64,000 nt of DNA from the NCBI GenBank assembly GCA_053919585.1, contig CM132814.1; one strand, written 5' to 3'. Shown here in pieces: positions 52,481 to 64,000 of this stretch. The stretch comes from Euprymna scolopes (taxonomy: Eukaryota). Numbering within the stretch: position 1 is the first letter of the stretch; each line of letters starts with the position of its first letter. The notes under the pieces were generated by a model. That model searched no databases. It was not told the DNA's origin and saw only the letters and a list, made by a program, of their open reading frames with translations. A program made the translations under genes and the position numbers.

Positions 52481-55400
52481 ATGATATATGCCATGGTTTT
52501 AGGTGATTTTTCAAAACATCACTTAAAACATAAGCAATAGTATAAATAAATTAATTATTGAGTAAGCAATATCAATTGCGTTGGTAATATTTAAATGGTT
52601 GGCAACATCTTATTTTTCCTTTGATAACTATTTAATAGCAATGTACTACCAATAATATGCGTATTAAGCGAGCATACTGTTATTAGTTAATGAAACCCAT
52701 CTTTAGATTTCTATGAAAACAAAGAGAGAAAATCACTTATTTCTCGCAAGGGAAGCGAATTTTAAGAATTATTTTAAGTACGCCAAATGTTTACGATTTA
52801 AACAATTCATTTAATATTTTAGTGTATAATTATATAAACCACTAGATGACATATTATCTTAATTGTTGCAAATAAATATTTTCATAAAAATATTCCAACT
52901 TATACCAAGTAATGAAACTATGATTTTCGTAATAATGCGTTGGAAGACAACGGGCTAAAGCATTTCCTCTATTTTACACTATAAACACCCGAGGCTATAT
53001 GACGCTGTGCGAGAATAGAAATTAATGAATAAACGCATTTACATTACGAATTCATTGATAAGTTTTATTAGTATCGCAAACTTTTGTTAATCAACGTGTG
53101 TTTAATAAAATATTTTTAATATCTCACACGATTTATATGTTAAATTATTTCTTTGTTTTGATATTGAGTTAGGGTTTGTAATAACACCCGTGTAGCTATG
53201 TTAGAATGTCAATTTGCACACCGAACGAAAAACTCAAATATATTGTTCTGAATATTGATTATCTCCTTTTTGATTATCCAAGCTATAAAAGCTTACGTTT
53301 CCGCGTGTCAAGTAGACGAGTAGTTAGATTCGTAATTGAATAAAGGATTACAAGACGGAATCTCTTGTCCTGTTTTCATTAAAATTTATTCAATTAAGAA
53401 TGGAATAATTTATAAGCGATTCACCACAGATTTGGAACGCGATTCAACCGGCATGTGCTGGAAACATTACCGGCAGACATTTACACATTTCATCAAGGTT
53501 CTATATTCAGAAAGACGTCTCATCAATGAACGTGTGCTTCTAACAAACTACCTCTCTCACACAGTCAACGAAATTATCCCACGAAGACGCAATCGATGTA
53601 CTGAAAGCCCAAAAGTGAGATATTTTCTAGACATCTACTTGCGAGATGTCTATTTTCTAGGCATCTACTTAGGAAACATATGAAATAATATTTACAACTT
53701 AACTCTTATTTCAAACATAAGGAATATCTTATGTTAAGCTTATGTTTAAAGACAAACTGATATATTGTTTGAAATTATAGCATTGACAGGTGACAGACCG
53801 GAGGATCTTTTAAAAGATCACTTCAACCTAAAATATATACGTTTATCTTATTCGTGCATTTAGCGACGCAGAGATCCTACTATGAATAAACTGTGACAGG
53901 TCAACGCACAAAGCATTTCATGTAAAAGCAGGGCGTGTCTACAACAAATTGAACTGTGAATAACAAAACTGCTAAATACATCAGGACATTTCATCTGCAA
54001 AGTCTGTAAAAGAATAAGAGCAAATGCGCCGATGAATAAAAATCGAACACATTTAAACGTACGTTAAATGCGGCAAAGCATGTAAACCAGAAAAATATGA
54101 AGAAAAGACAAAAATTACGTAGATTTGAAAATCAATAAAATTTGACTAAACACCATTTGAAAAACTATTTAATTTGCTTTTACTGATGCATCTGATTTAA
54201 TCACGTGACTTTTACTTAGTTCACTTGATTCTATTTATTTTCATACACTTTACCATGGTTTTATTCTTTTCTTTCTTATCCTTATTTCTTTTTCCCCAGC
54301 ATTTTAGTAACTTTATTCATATGTTTGCAATTGGTGGCATCTTCAATTATAAATTGCTGTATAACCTTGTACCAGAAATTACAAACGCAAATCTGAGATG
54401 TTCGATACAAAGACAAGAACTTCACACTCGCTATTTATATTGATTACTAAAATAGCCATTATAATGTTAGAATTACATCTATAAGATTGTTTTTTTTATA
54501 TATGAACTATAAATGTAATTCATTACTACGAATAAATATATAACACACATTTACTTTTCTATTATTTTTGTAATGACGATTTAATTTGAGCATATTTTTC
54601 TGACGACCGAGTAAGTTTGAGATTGTTTCTTACTTTCCATCTATTATAATCATTCACATTATCAGCTTAAATAGTGTTTTCTAGTACTTAGAATATAAAC
54701 TCATGTTATGCTTGTTAGCTCTTGTGTAATGGGATGAATGTAAGTATATATGATTATTAATACACATTGTTCTTTATTATGAAGTAGAGTGTCAGATATT
54801 TCCCCTTTTTAACGAATGCATCTTACTTCAAGTTTATCACGCTGTTATTTTTTTTACATACGTTAGATGAAAGCCAAATGCGGTTATTATGCCCTCTGGG
54901 CCGACATATGCAACACATTTAGGGATAAATTGTCTTGTTTCTGCAAATAATAGACGAGAGTCTCCTCTAAACCAGGACAGTGCGGGCACATAGAAAGTTT
55001 GCCAAGCCCAATTCGTCCTGTATATTTTCATCTGTGATAATAGTGAAGATACACGACTACTAAAATCTTTACAACCGGGTCGTAAATATGTAGGAATACC
55101 TTACAAGGTAGCATTATGTTGAAAAGCCTATCATTATATTGTGTATGATATTAATGTGCGGCACTTTCCCCTCGTTACATAAAAGCCAGAAGATTACACG
55201 AGATGTGTAAAAATAGTGTTGTCTGACTGTTGATACAAAATGACTTAATAAACCGTTGTGAACACACTCATTATAAATCTATAATATTTTAACTGCTTGT
55301 AATCTGTTTATTTTTTTTCAATATAATATTTCCTATAAACATATGAAGCAAAACATTTCACAATTTTAAATTACAAGTTAATGTAGGGAGTACTCCAAAT

Positions 55401-56899
55401 GGTTTATGCAGATTTATCAAAAGAAAATGTAATGTCGTTCGCATAAGAATTCACGTGGTGCAAATCCTTAACGAATAAACGCATGTCAAAACAGAATATT
55501 TAAGGAAAGCTGATTGCATCGCTCGACCAGAAATGACGCTGTATGAAGCTTTATCTCAAAAAGTAGACGTTTATCGACAGGTCATCAGTTATTTTCATGT
55601 CAGTTTCCGGCACATAAATTATTGTTTATTGCATAGCAAACAGTGCTTTCACCACTATGATTTTGCATTTTCTTACGCATACGCGCATTGTTTAACACAG
55701 GTTTTTTAAAAACCAGATAACAATTACGTCATAATCAAAGAAATAAACGAAACTGCAAAGATTGTTCCAGAATATTATATCCATTTCTGCCAAGTAAAGA
55801 ATGAAAGTGTATATAAACTATTGCTTTCCGTGAGGCAATACAAGTGAGCAATTAAATGTCTGTAAATTTATAATAACGAGATATGAGATTACTACTCTTT
55901 TATTTTGGACAAACTGTATATACGTCTATATTACTGTTTCCGGCACCTTATATAAATATACAATTAATCACCCTGCTTGTTTGGGGAACGTTGTTTAATA
56001 CCTGGAGACGCGTGTCCCGTTTAAAATAGATGGTCATCATATTTGAATAAAATTATTTTTTAGTCATATTTATAAATAGTTTCCATCCTATTAAATATAA
56101 TTACAGTATTTATTTATATAACCGCATAGAGGTCAAAATTAATAATCGAATATGAAAGAAATTTACATCTCATTATTCATACTTATAATTATTCTAAACA
56201 TTATAGCAAAGATAATTATCTCCATGTTGAAAAAATATTTTACATTAGCTTAAGTCTAAAAACATTACGCAATGTAAAGCTTAAGGTTACTAGTGTTAAA
56301 AAATAAAGATAAGGTTTATGAAATCTTGCGTAGCAAATGTTTACGAAGCGCATATCTAATAAACGAGTATACGTCGATCACTCCAAGTGAATTGGCGAAT
56401 TCTCTCACAATCTCTTTGGGCCATAATGCGTCACTTACATTTACAACACATATGAAATCAATATAACGTCCGAGTAAAAAAAAACCTGGTCACCGACTGA
56501 ACCCAAATTCTTGTTATTTCAACAAAACATATGGACAACTAAGATTTAATATATTGGCGTATACGGGCATATTTCATTGTGTCTGTTGACATATATCGCC
56601 TAGCCATTCTTTATGAGTTTCTGATTGAAACATACTTGTACAACACCGAATTAATGCTAGACATTTTTGAATCTATATAATACTAAATGTCTATGGATCT
56701 TGTATGTTTGCAATCAGATTTCCGGTTTTCAACATCCGGTTGCGCATGCGTAAATAGCAACGTCTTCAATCCATTATTCCAATTCCGGAATTTTTATATC
56801 GCTTTTAATACAAACAATTTCATTTAATTTGATCAAATAGTTATTTATATATACAAATAATACATAGATTCATAGATAATTATAATATATATTATAAAA

Positions 56900-57704
56900 T
56901 CTATTTATCTATGAATCTATTAATAATATGAAATATTACCCTATACAATTTATGGAAAGAAAACACCTCTCACTTTCCCTCTAATAGATTTCAACACTCC
57001 TGCTCCCTCTGTTTTCGTTACGTACGCGAGAAATAGTTACGTGTATGTGTGAGAGAGAGAAAAAGAGAGCGATGTAAAACTGGATAGAGTTATCCCCCTT
57101 AACTAATGCAGACCTTTTTACTAGAGGGCGTTATTACAAAAAAATTTCTTTTTCTTCTTCCCATGTTTTTTAAAGTCGTCTGCTTACATTTCCAAACGGA
57201 AAGCTGAATCGGTAAATGCACACATTTCTATTACATTAAATAGTGTTTTCCTTTACACAATGGGTACTGAATGTTTGCTTAAATTAAATGAAAAAAGTTA
57301 CATTTTATTTTCATTTTCTATTTAAAAAGCCATTATTAACATGTGGAGAGTGTTTTTTTTATTATTCTGTACTTTCAACTAACAATTTCATTTAAAAGAT
57401 GATATATCAAAATTTGAATTTAACTATAATAAGGATTATGATACCTGTTCAGTGCATATTTACCTATAAGTATGACCAACCACTTATAATTCAGTAACTG
57501 TAATTTAAAAAAAAATAACAATTATAATAAACAGAACGACTCATAGAAATCTATCTATATTCTTTTTTCATTTTAATATACTTTCATAGAAATGCTTCTG
57601 TTATGTAAAAAAAAACTATTTTCTTTATGCCACAAGTGTCACGCTCATACATGAATTCCATAGCTAATATAACGTACTGACCCAACGGGTCACGGGTGGT
57701 CTAG
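56900..57704 (+). mobile_element. Non-autonomous Helitron-like element
   Basis: A|TCTAT.. start; 3' hairpin GACCCAACGGGTC followed by ..CTAG|T. The 5' boundary is uncertain (alternative start at ~56672). Confidence 0.55.
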
Positions 57705-57842
57705 TATGTTGTTATTTTCCACAGTAAATGAACTATAAAAGATTTATATAAAGATTAAAATGAATTTTATCATTTTGGATTTGTAGTAATTCGATTTAAA
57801 CAAAAGGTACAACTTATCGATCCGCATCTAGAAAATTTCGAA

Positions 57843-57847
<5 letters not shown>

Positions 57848-57916
<69 letters not shown>
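57848..57916. repeat. (TA)n microsatellite
   Basis: Directly visible in the sequence. Confidence 0.95.
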
Positions 57917-57920
<4 letters not shown>

Positions 57921-59165
57921 GATGACAAAAAAGTTCTTGCGGTTTTAATATTTGAAATCGAAATGACCATATCTTCGCTCAAACTAAAATTATTAGAAAT
58001 AAACACCATCAGAATCAATACATTTTTGCCAAGGAAAAACAAGTGTATTTATGCCTGTAACATAAATATCTTGCATTCTAGTGTCGATTAAGTCGTTAAA
58101 GGCGTTTGTGATATCGTTAAGGTTTTTGAACAATTTCTCACGCAGCAAGTTATCGAGATGCTTGGAAAAGTGGTAGCCGATAGGTGAGCTAGCTGGAAGT
58201 TATGGCGTATGAGGCAGACTGTCGTAGTCCAATTCGTCCAACTTCTGCAGCGTCGGTTTATTGACGTACGATTGGGTATTTGCTGGAGGAGAATTGCGCA
58301 TTTTCGTTTGAATAATGTTTGTTGTTGAAGCCCAAGTTTCTAATGCATTTCATCCACTTGTTGACAGTACCTCTTTGCCATAATGATATCGTCTGCATTC
58401 AAAAAACTGTAATGAATCAGTCCGATCGCAGACCAACAGACAGTCAGCATGAATTTTTTGGATGCAACTCTGGCTTTGGGAATCTTGTGGAACTTAGTTG
58501 ATGTCTATCCACTGAGCTGAGCATCGGCAGTGGTCGTAAAAAAACATTCTACGGTCTAGAGCGGGTTGTTCTTGTTGCTCAAAAAGGGAAAATTACACAC
58601 CATAAGGGCATTTTTTGTTTAGTTGTCGTCCAATTTTTGAGGCATTCATTTATCAAGATTTTTTGTCTTTCCCATCGCTATTTGTTGGATTTCTTCGTAT
58701 ACGTTACGTCTACTTTAGAAACAAGTTCTCGATCAGCTGTACATTGATTTGCTTAAACTAAATTTTAATTGATCGTTGTCAACATGCGATGGCTGAACAC
58801 TACGCCCATCATCTTCCAAACTCTTGTCGGTGCCACCAAATTACTTAAATCACCATTGTGCTCTCCGGTCAGTACAGGTTCTTGAGCCAAACGAGTCGTT
58901 GATATTTCAAGCGGTTTAATTTATTTTCTGCCTAGCTTGAATTTAAATAAGACAATTGTGCAAATTCGCCCTTTAAAATCTTGTATTCAATGTTCTGAAT
59001 AGAAGAGACAGTTGTTAAAAACTATTGTGATTGCAACGATAAGATGGAGCGAAAAACTTCTTTAAAATTATATATAAACTAAAGGCTTAATAAGTAAAAC
59101 TTATTTGAAAACGCCTCATTTCAAATCAAAATTAAAAATTTCGAAATACCCTTTTTGTCTCTCTC
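57917..59165 (-). mobile_element. Decayed mariner transposon (Hsmar1/cecropia-like transposase)
   Basis: Minus-strand remnants RICTIVLFKFKLGRK..NINDSFG..DRRAQW (N-terminus) and LPHTP..YHFSKHLDNLLREKLFKN..GINTLV (C-terminus). Left TIR TCAGGATGACAAAAAAG; the right TIR remnant CTTTTTGTC runs into (CT)n(TA)n. Confidence 0.85.
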
Positions 59166-59182
59166 TCTCTCTCTCTCTCTAT

Positions 59183-59224
<42 letters not shown>

Positions 59225-59639
59225 CAAATTATTACTTCACAAAATAAGTTATATTTTTCCAATTCTGACAAATCATTCATTTTGTACGTCATTTACTATG
59301 TAATAATTAGAGTATTGCTAAATTCTAATGGCAAACCAAGATTAAAACATATTTTCAAAATATATGCCAGCAATAAATACCTGGAAAAAGTTTCATAGAT
59401 TATCTTGTTATGTACGAAAATCTCAGATTGTATCCTCATTTATAAATAAGAGCTAATTTCTATGATAATATGTTTTTAAAGTAAAAAAACAGTCAGTACA
59501 TATTATTTTATGTATCGAAGACAGATGAAGTAAGAGCTAAACTAATTCTATCAAACACTGTTCAAAAAATATGCAATTCCGAAATCTCGGGCGTGTGGTC
59601 AACCACTTCTTATCTGAAATGAAACATGCATAAAATATG

Positions 59640-60300
59640 TTGCCAAGTTCGGTGGAAAAATTGGTGTATCACTCGACCGCTCTAATAGGTATCAGGGTGG
59701 AATTTGTATAAGAACCAGATACGTTCTAAAATAATGTACTGCTGCAACATCTGGACAGGAGCTTCCTGGCCAGTCTTATCCTGGCGTGATTGAATTCAAA
59801 ACTGGTTTAGAAACCTAGTAGATTATACCCTTTTTCTTCCCTTCAACATCTTTTCCACTAAAGAGACAGTGCGAGCTTGTCCTTCTCTATTTCTATTTTA
59901 ATGGCAAATGCTCGATACAACTCTAATCTCTACCCCCACCTTTGCCAAACTTTTACAAAAAAAGGCACTCGACTAGCAACAACTGCTATATATGATCACC
60001 CTGACTCTCTATCTGTGTCTAGATCAAAACTCATATTCCATGAACAAAGCTTCTTCCTAGAACTGTCCGCTGTTGGAACACTATTCTGCAGTCTTTCCTC
60101 CCGAGTTGGATACAACATGGTTACATTCAAATCCAATGTAAATAAGTTATCGTTGAGCCGTACCAATACATAATCTAAGTCTACCTTATTTACACTATAA
60201 ACGATTACTACACTACCACCTTACATTCATTAATCCTGTTCCTCGAGTGACCTTCAAGTTGTGTATTTCTATTGTTCTTCTATTTTTCTTCTATAATAAA
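59640..60300 (+). mobile_element. 3' end of a CR1/L2/Jockey-group LINE
   Basis: Fragments YFNGKCS, HEQSFF, RTVRCWNT and YNMVTFKSNVNK match the typical SFFPRT.RLWN.L....YNL..FKS.VN LINE C-terminus; followed by an AATAAA-containing tail. Confidence 0.6.
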
Positions 60301-63300
60301 AGGGGGTAAGTCCATAAATGCTAATCGCCAACATATCAGAAAGGACTGAAGATACTTTCACGGACTAGTAAGGACTACACCATCGTATACATCCATTAAA
60401 CCAGAACTTTATTATCCGAACAAGTACATACATTTTTCGCCCAATGTCGTTTTCAGTTTTCTCTCTTGTAAAGATAGGGCTTCGCTCTGACCCCAATCAC
60501 ATGAAAAATCTCGTAATTTTGAGTTAACGAAACGTTTAGTTATAGGCGTTCTTGTTTCATTCCATGACATGTCTCTTGATGTATATCATTCATTCTCTTG
60601 TTATACACTCCCTTTCTAAGAGAGTCATCACGATGATACATGCACATCTTCATGCCCATCTTTTTAAAACTACACGTAAACGTGCACGATGCCAGCTGAA
60701 ACAAACATTTTCGCAATTTCCCATTCCAAAAAAAAACCTCTTATTTTACTAAAGTGTTCTTTGAAATTTACTATTGTTGTGCCCTCTTATTTTTTATGGT
60801 ATTAACCTGTCAATAAAATAAATTATGTTGTATAGATGATTGTCATTTCATTTAGGTTTCCTTTTATCGCTACACTCTATTTAGATTACATAGAACGCAT
60901 ACTACATTTCTATTATATGCCGATGATCGAAAAATGTATGTGCTTTGTTGCTTTACAACGTGTGATTTTTTATTTAAGAAAAGTTTTCTTAATATAAATC
61001 AACGTGAGTAACACTTTGAGATGTTTATAATTGTATTTAATTTCTCCTTCCATTTGTATGAACAGAAAGATTATTAGAGAGTGGTAAATTTCTCACTTGA
61101 ATGACAAATGATTACATTGGTTAAAATTCTAGAAGGCTTTTTCTCACTCTGTAACAATTTTGGCATTCTTGCAATCCGGTTTATTGTAATGAAAACAATA
61201 ACAAAAGAAGTATACGACAGAGTAAAATTACTTTGTTAAGACAAGACTATGTTTGAATGCTAAGTGGTTGGTACCATATGGGATGGTTCAGAATTTGCTG
61301 AAGGCAATGTTTTACTATGAATAAGAAGGCGAGGTATGAAAACCCGATGGTGGTCGGTTCTAATGTCGATGGAAATAAAAAATGAAATACAAGAAGCTAT
61401 AAAAACGACTAAATCGTGTAGTAATGTTGTTCAGTCACATTTTATTGATTTTTCCATCTACATCTACCAGACGTTATTTTGTTTTCATTTGTCAAGTACA
61501 TCGGAATGAAAATAATTACATATGAACTATCGAATGATTATTCCTTCTGAATTCAAATACTTGGAAAATTTAACAAATGTATGTCAAATTTTTTTCTAAT
61601 GGATTTCGCTACATTTTTACGCCTATATATTTTGCGTATTTGATGGTCAAGACTTGTTGACATATCGATTCTTGTTAGAATTCGTAACGAACAAAAGTGT
61701 TTGTTTGCTACTTATCAAGACCAAAATCAATCGGTAATAAACGATAACGAAGTGAATACGTTGTCAGGAAAATAATTTGAAAGGATTGAGAAGGGTTAAA
61801 AATGAACCATGTTTGATTATTTATTTAGAGAATTTTTGCTATTATTTGTTGACATTGGACTTGAAGACAATCATTTTATAATCTTTAGATATATTTAAAA
61901 GGTTTGCTGACGTGAAGATACTGAAAAAGTATGGCTAGTGCTGTAATTGAGGAAGAAACTATTTAGAATTTTCGTTGCAGTGGAAATAGTTCTACTGAGA
62001 ATTTTTATAAAGAAGAACATTTCATCAGTGCTTAGTCGACGGCTTCTTTAAGAGAAACAACGAGAGAGTAGAGAAAGCTAGCAATGTTTGTTAAGTAGAA
62101 AATAGATGAAAATGCCCTGGGAAAATCATTATCGAATTTTGATTTATTTAGTACTCTTTCATTGCAAACGTTAAAGTACTCCGTAGGAACAGTTCAGAAC
62201 TCCTGAAGGAAACTGTGAGTGAATAGCTCGTCAAGTTCATCGTTTTTAATTTTTTACTAGAATCCTTAAGATATACAACTCGATCATACTGTACTCACGC
62301 AAAACTTCTAGAAGAGTACGAACTCTGGAGTAAAAGACGATTACTATGATTTACTTTTATACTATGTTAATAAAATCATAATATTTACATTTTTTCACTC
62401 GCCTTCTCAATTTCCCTCCATATATATCTGGACGTAGCTGACAGTTTGTAAAAAATATTTTTACTTGGTTTAAAGTTTAATGAATACGCATATATGATTT
62501 TGAAGTTTAACGAAAGTTCTGTTGACATGCATTACTTAAATGTGAGGGCATGCGAATTTTAAGTCGATATAAAATAGCGGTTAATGTAGATATTTTTGAC
62601 AAACTTCATTGTCTCACACGAAAATCAAATAATATTTATCATATAAATTTTGTCAAATATTGATCTATTAAAAGTGTTAAATTTCCCCAATACCTTTTGA
62701 TGACACTTGGAGATTTTGCACCGCTTTACATGTACTCCTCAGAATACTTTATCATATGATTAAACTTAACATTTGTTAGTAATTTATGTTCTCACACTCT
62801 TGTAGAGAAAGCTTTATATATTTGAGCGAATTTCTTATATACGGATTCAGGTTAAGATTTTATTTAGACACTAAAATACTTCTTTTTCTATAAAAACGGA
62901 GAAACATCATACAAACACACAAACATGCATACCACCTTAAGCTTTATATAAAAATTCAGTTAACACTATACATTGCATAAGTGGATAAATTCGTACAATG
63001 TAAAATATATTGACTTAAATGAATTTTATTTATGTAACATACGTTAAATATAATTTTTTTTAAATAATTTGTGTCATATATAATAACATACAACATGTAA
63101 ACCATTTGTATTCCATGCTTGATTATGTTTTTTGCATTGTTCGTTCTGTTTTTTTTTTCTTCAGAAATCATACATCCATTGCTCCTTAAAATTATAATGA
63201 ATGCTAGAAAATGTATAGGAAGCGAATAATCAAGACTTATTATCATACGGTTCGGAATCAAAGTTTTGTATTTTTTTCTTCAGCGGAAGAATTTTTGTCG

Positions 63301-64000
63301 GCTGCAGGAATTTCTATTATAGCCACGTCCAGAAAACTATTTTTGGATCTAAACATTTTGTCTCACATCTATCCCTATTAGATATGTTATATAAAAAGAT
63401 GAAACACTATAAAATGCAGATTTATAATAAACAGATGATTCGTCATCTAGTGTAAAGCAAAATCATATACATCTGTATTTCCTATAAAATAAAAATAAAA
63501 ATGTAAGCTTCTCCAATTTCCATATTGTCATGATTTTCCCTTCCTTTGGTGTCTTTCTTATTTTTAAAAATTGTCGTACATATTAATCACCTTCGCATCG
63601 GACACACTACCCAACGGTTAAATAGCAACTGGAAAAGCACAATGTCGTTAAAACTATTCACGGCATATTTATCAATGATTGTCTTCTTTATTTGTAAACA
63701 CTGGGAGAATCCATAAATTTGCCATTTGGTTAATAGTGAAACAGTGTTATCTTACCACAATTGACAAAAGAATGGTTTCAATTTCGATCCAATTTTAGCA
63801 CATTTCAGGCACTCATTATGTTCGCATCATATGTTGCTTTTCTATTAATAAATATACTTATATTGTCCTCCATCGTTATCCCGTTTTTATTCGTTCAACG
63901 CTTTGCAGATGAACAAATTCCATTTAGATTGTGCTTAAAATTGATTTAGGTTGAGTTTATAGAGAAACTTTGATTTATTAAATATATTAAAATATTTCCA

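Overview
AT-rich, repeat-dominated eukaryotic (invertebrate animal-like) genomic DNA from a gapped assembly with four N-runs. I can support no host protein-coding gene; most ORF-track entries are microsatellite, satellite, gap or antisense artefacts. Main contents: (1) a near-complete Ty3/Gypsy Mag-type LTR retrotransposon on the minus strand (28554-34289) with 274-bp LTRs, a tRNA-Ser-like PBS and a PPT, inserted in a (TA)n tract, plus two decayed relatives; (2) a non-autonomous Chapaev3-like (CMC/Transib/RAG1-related) DNA transposon (38376-50911) whose transposase remnant is split, immediately after the conserved C-terminal Glu motif, by an ~11-kb array of a 41-bp unit (~268 copies) with hierarchical higher-order structure; (3) hammerhead-ribozyme motifs of Penelope-like-element type: an inverted pair in a 168-bp palindrome (4689-4856) and a clean single motif (51170-51217), with a nearby Neptune-type Penelope coding fragment; (4) decayed non-LTR elements (R4/Dong-like, CR1/L2/Jockey-like, RTE-like), three Tc1/mariner relics, Helitron-like elements, tRNA-SINE-like heads and many microsatellites. 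All family assignments come from motif recognition by eye, not database searches.
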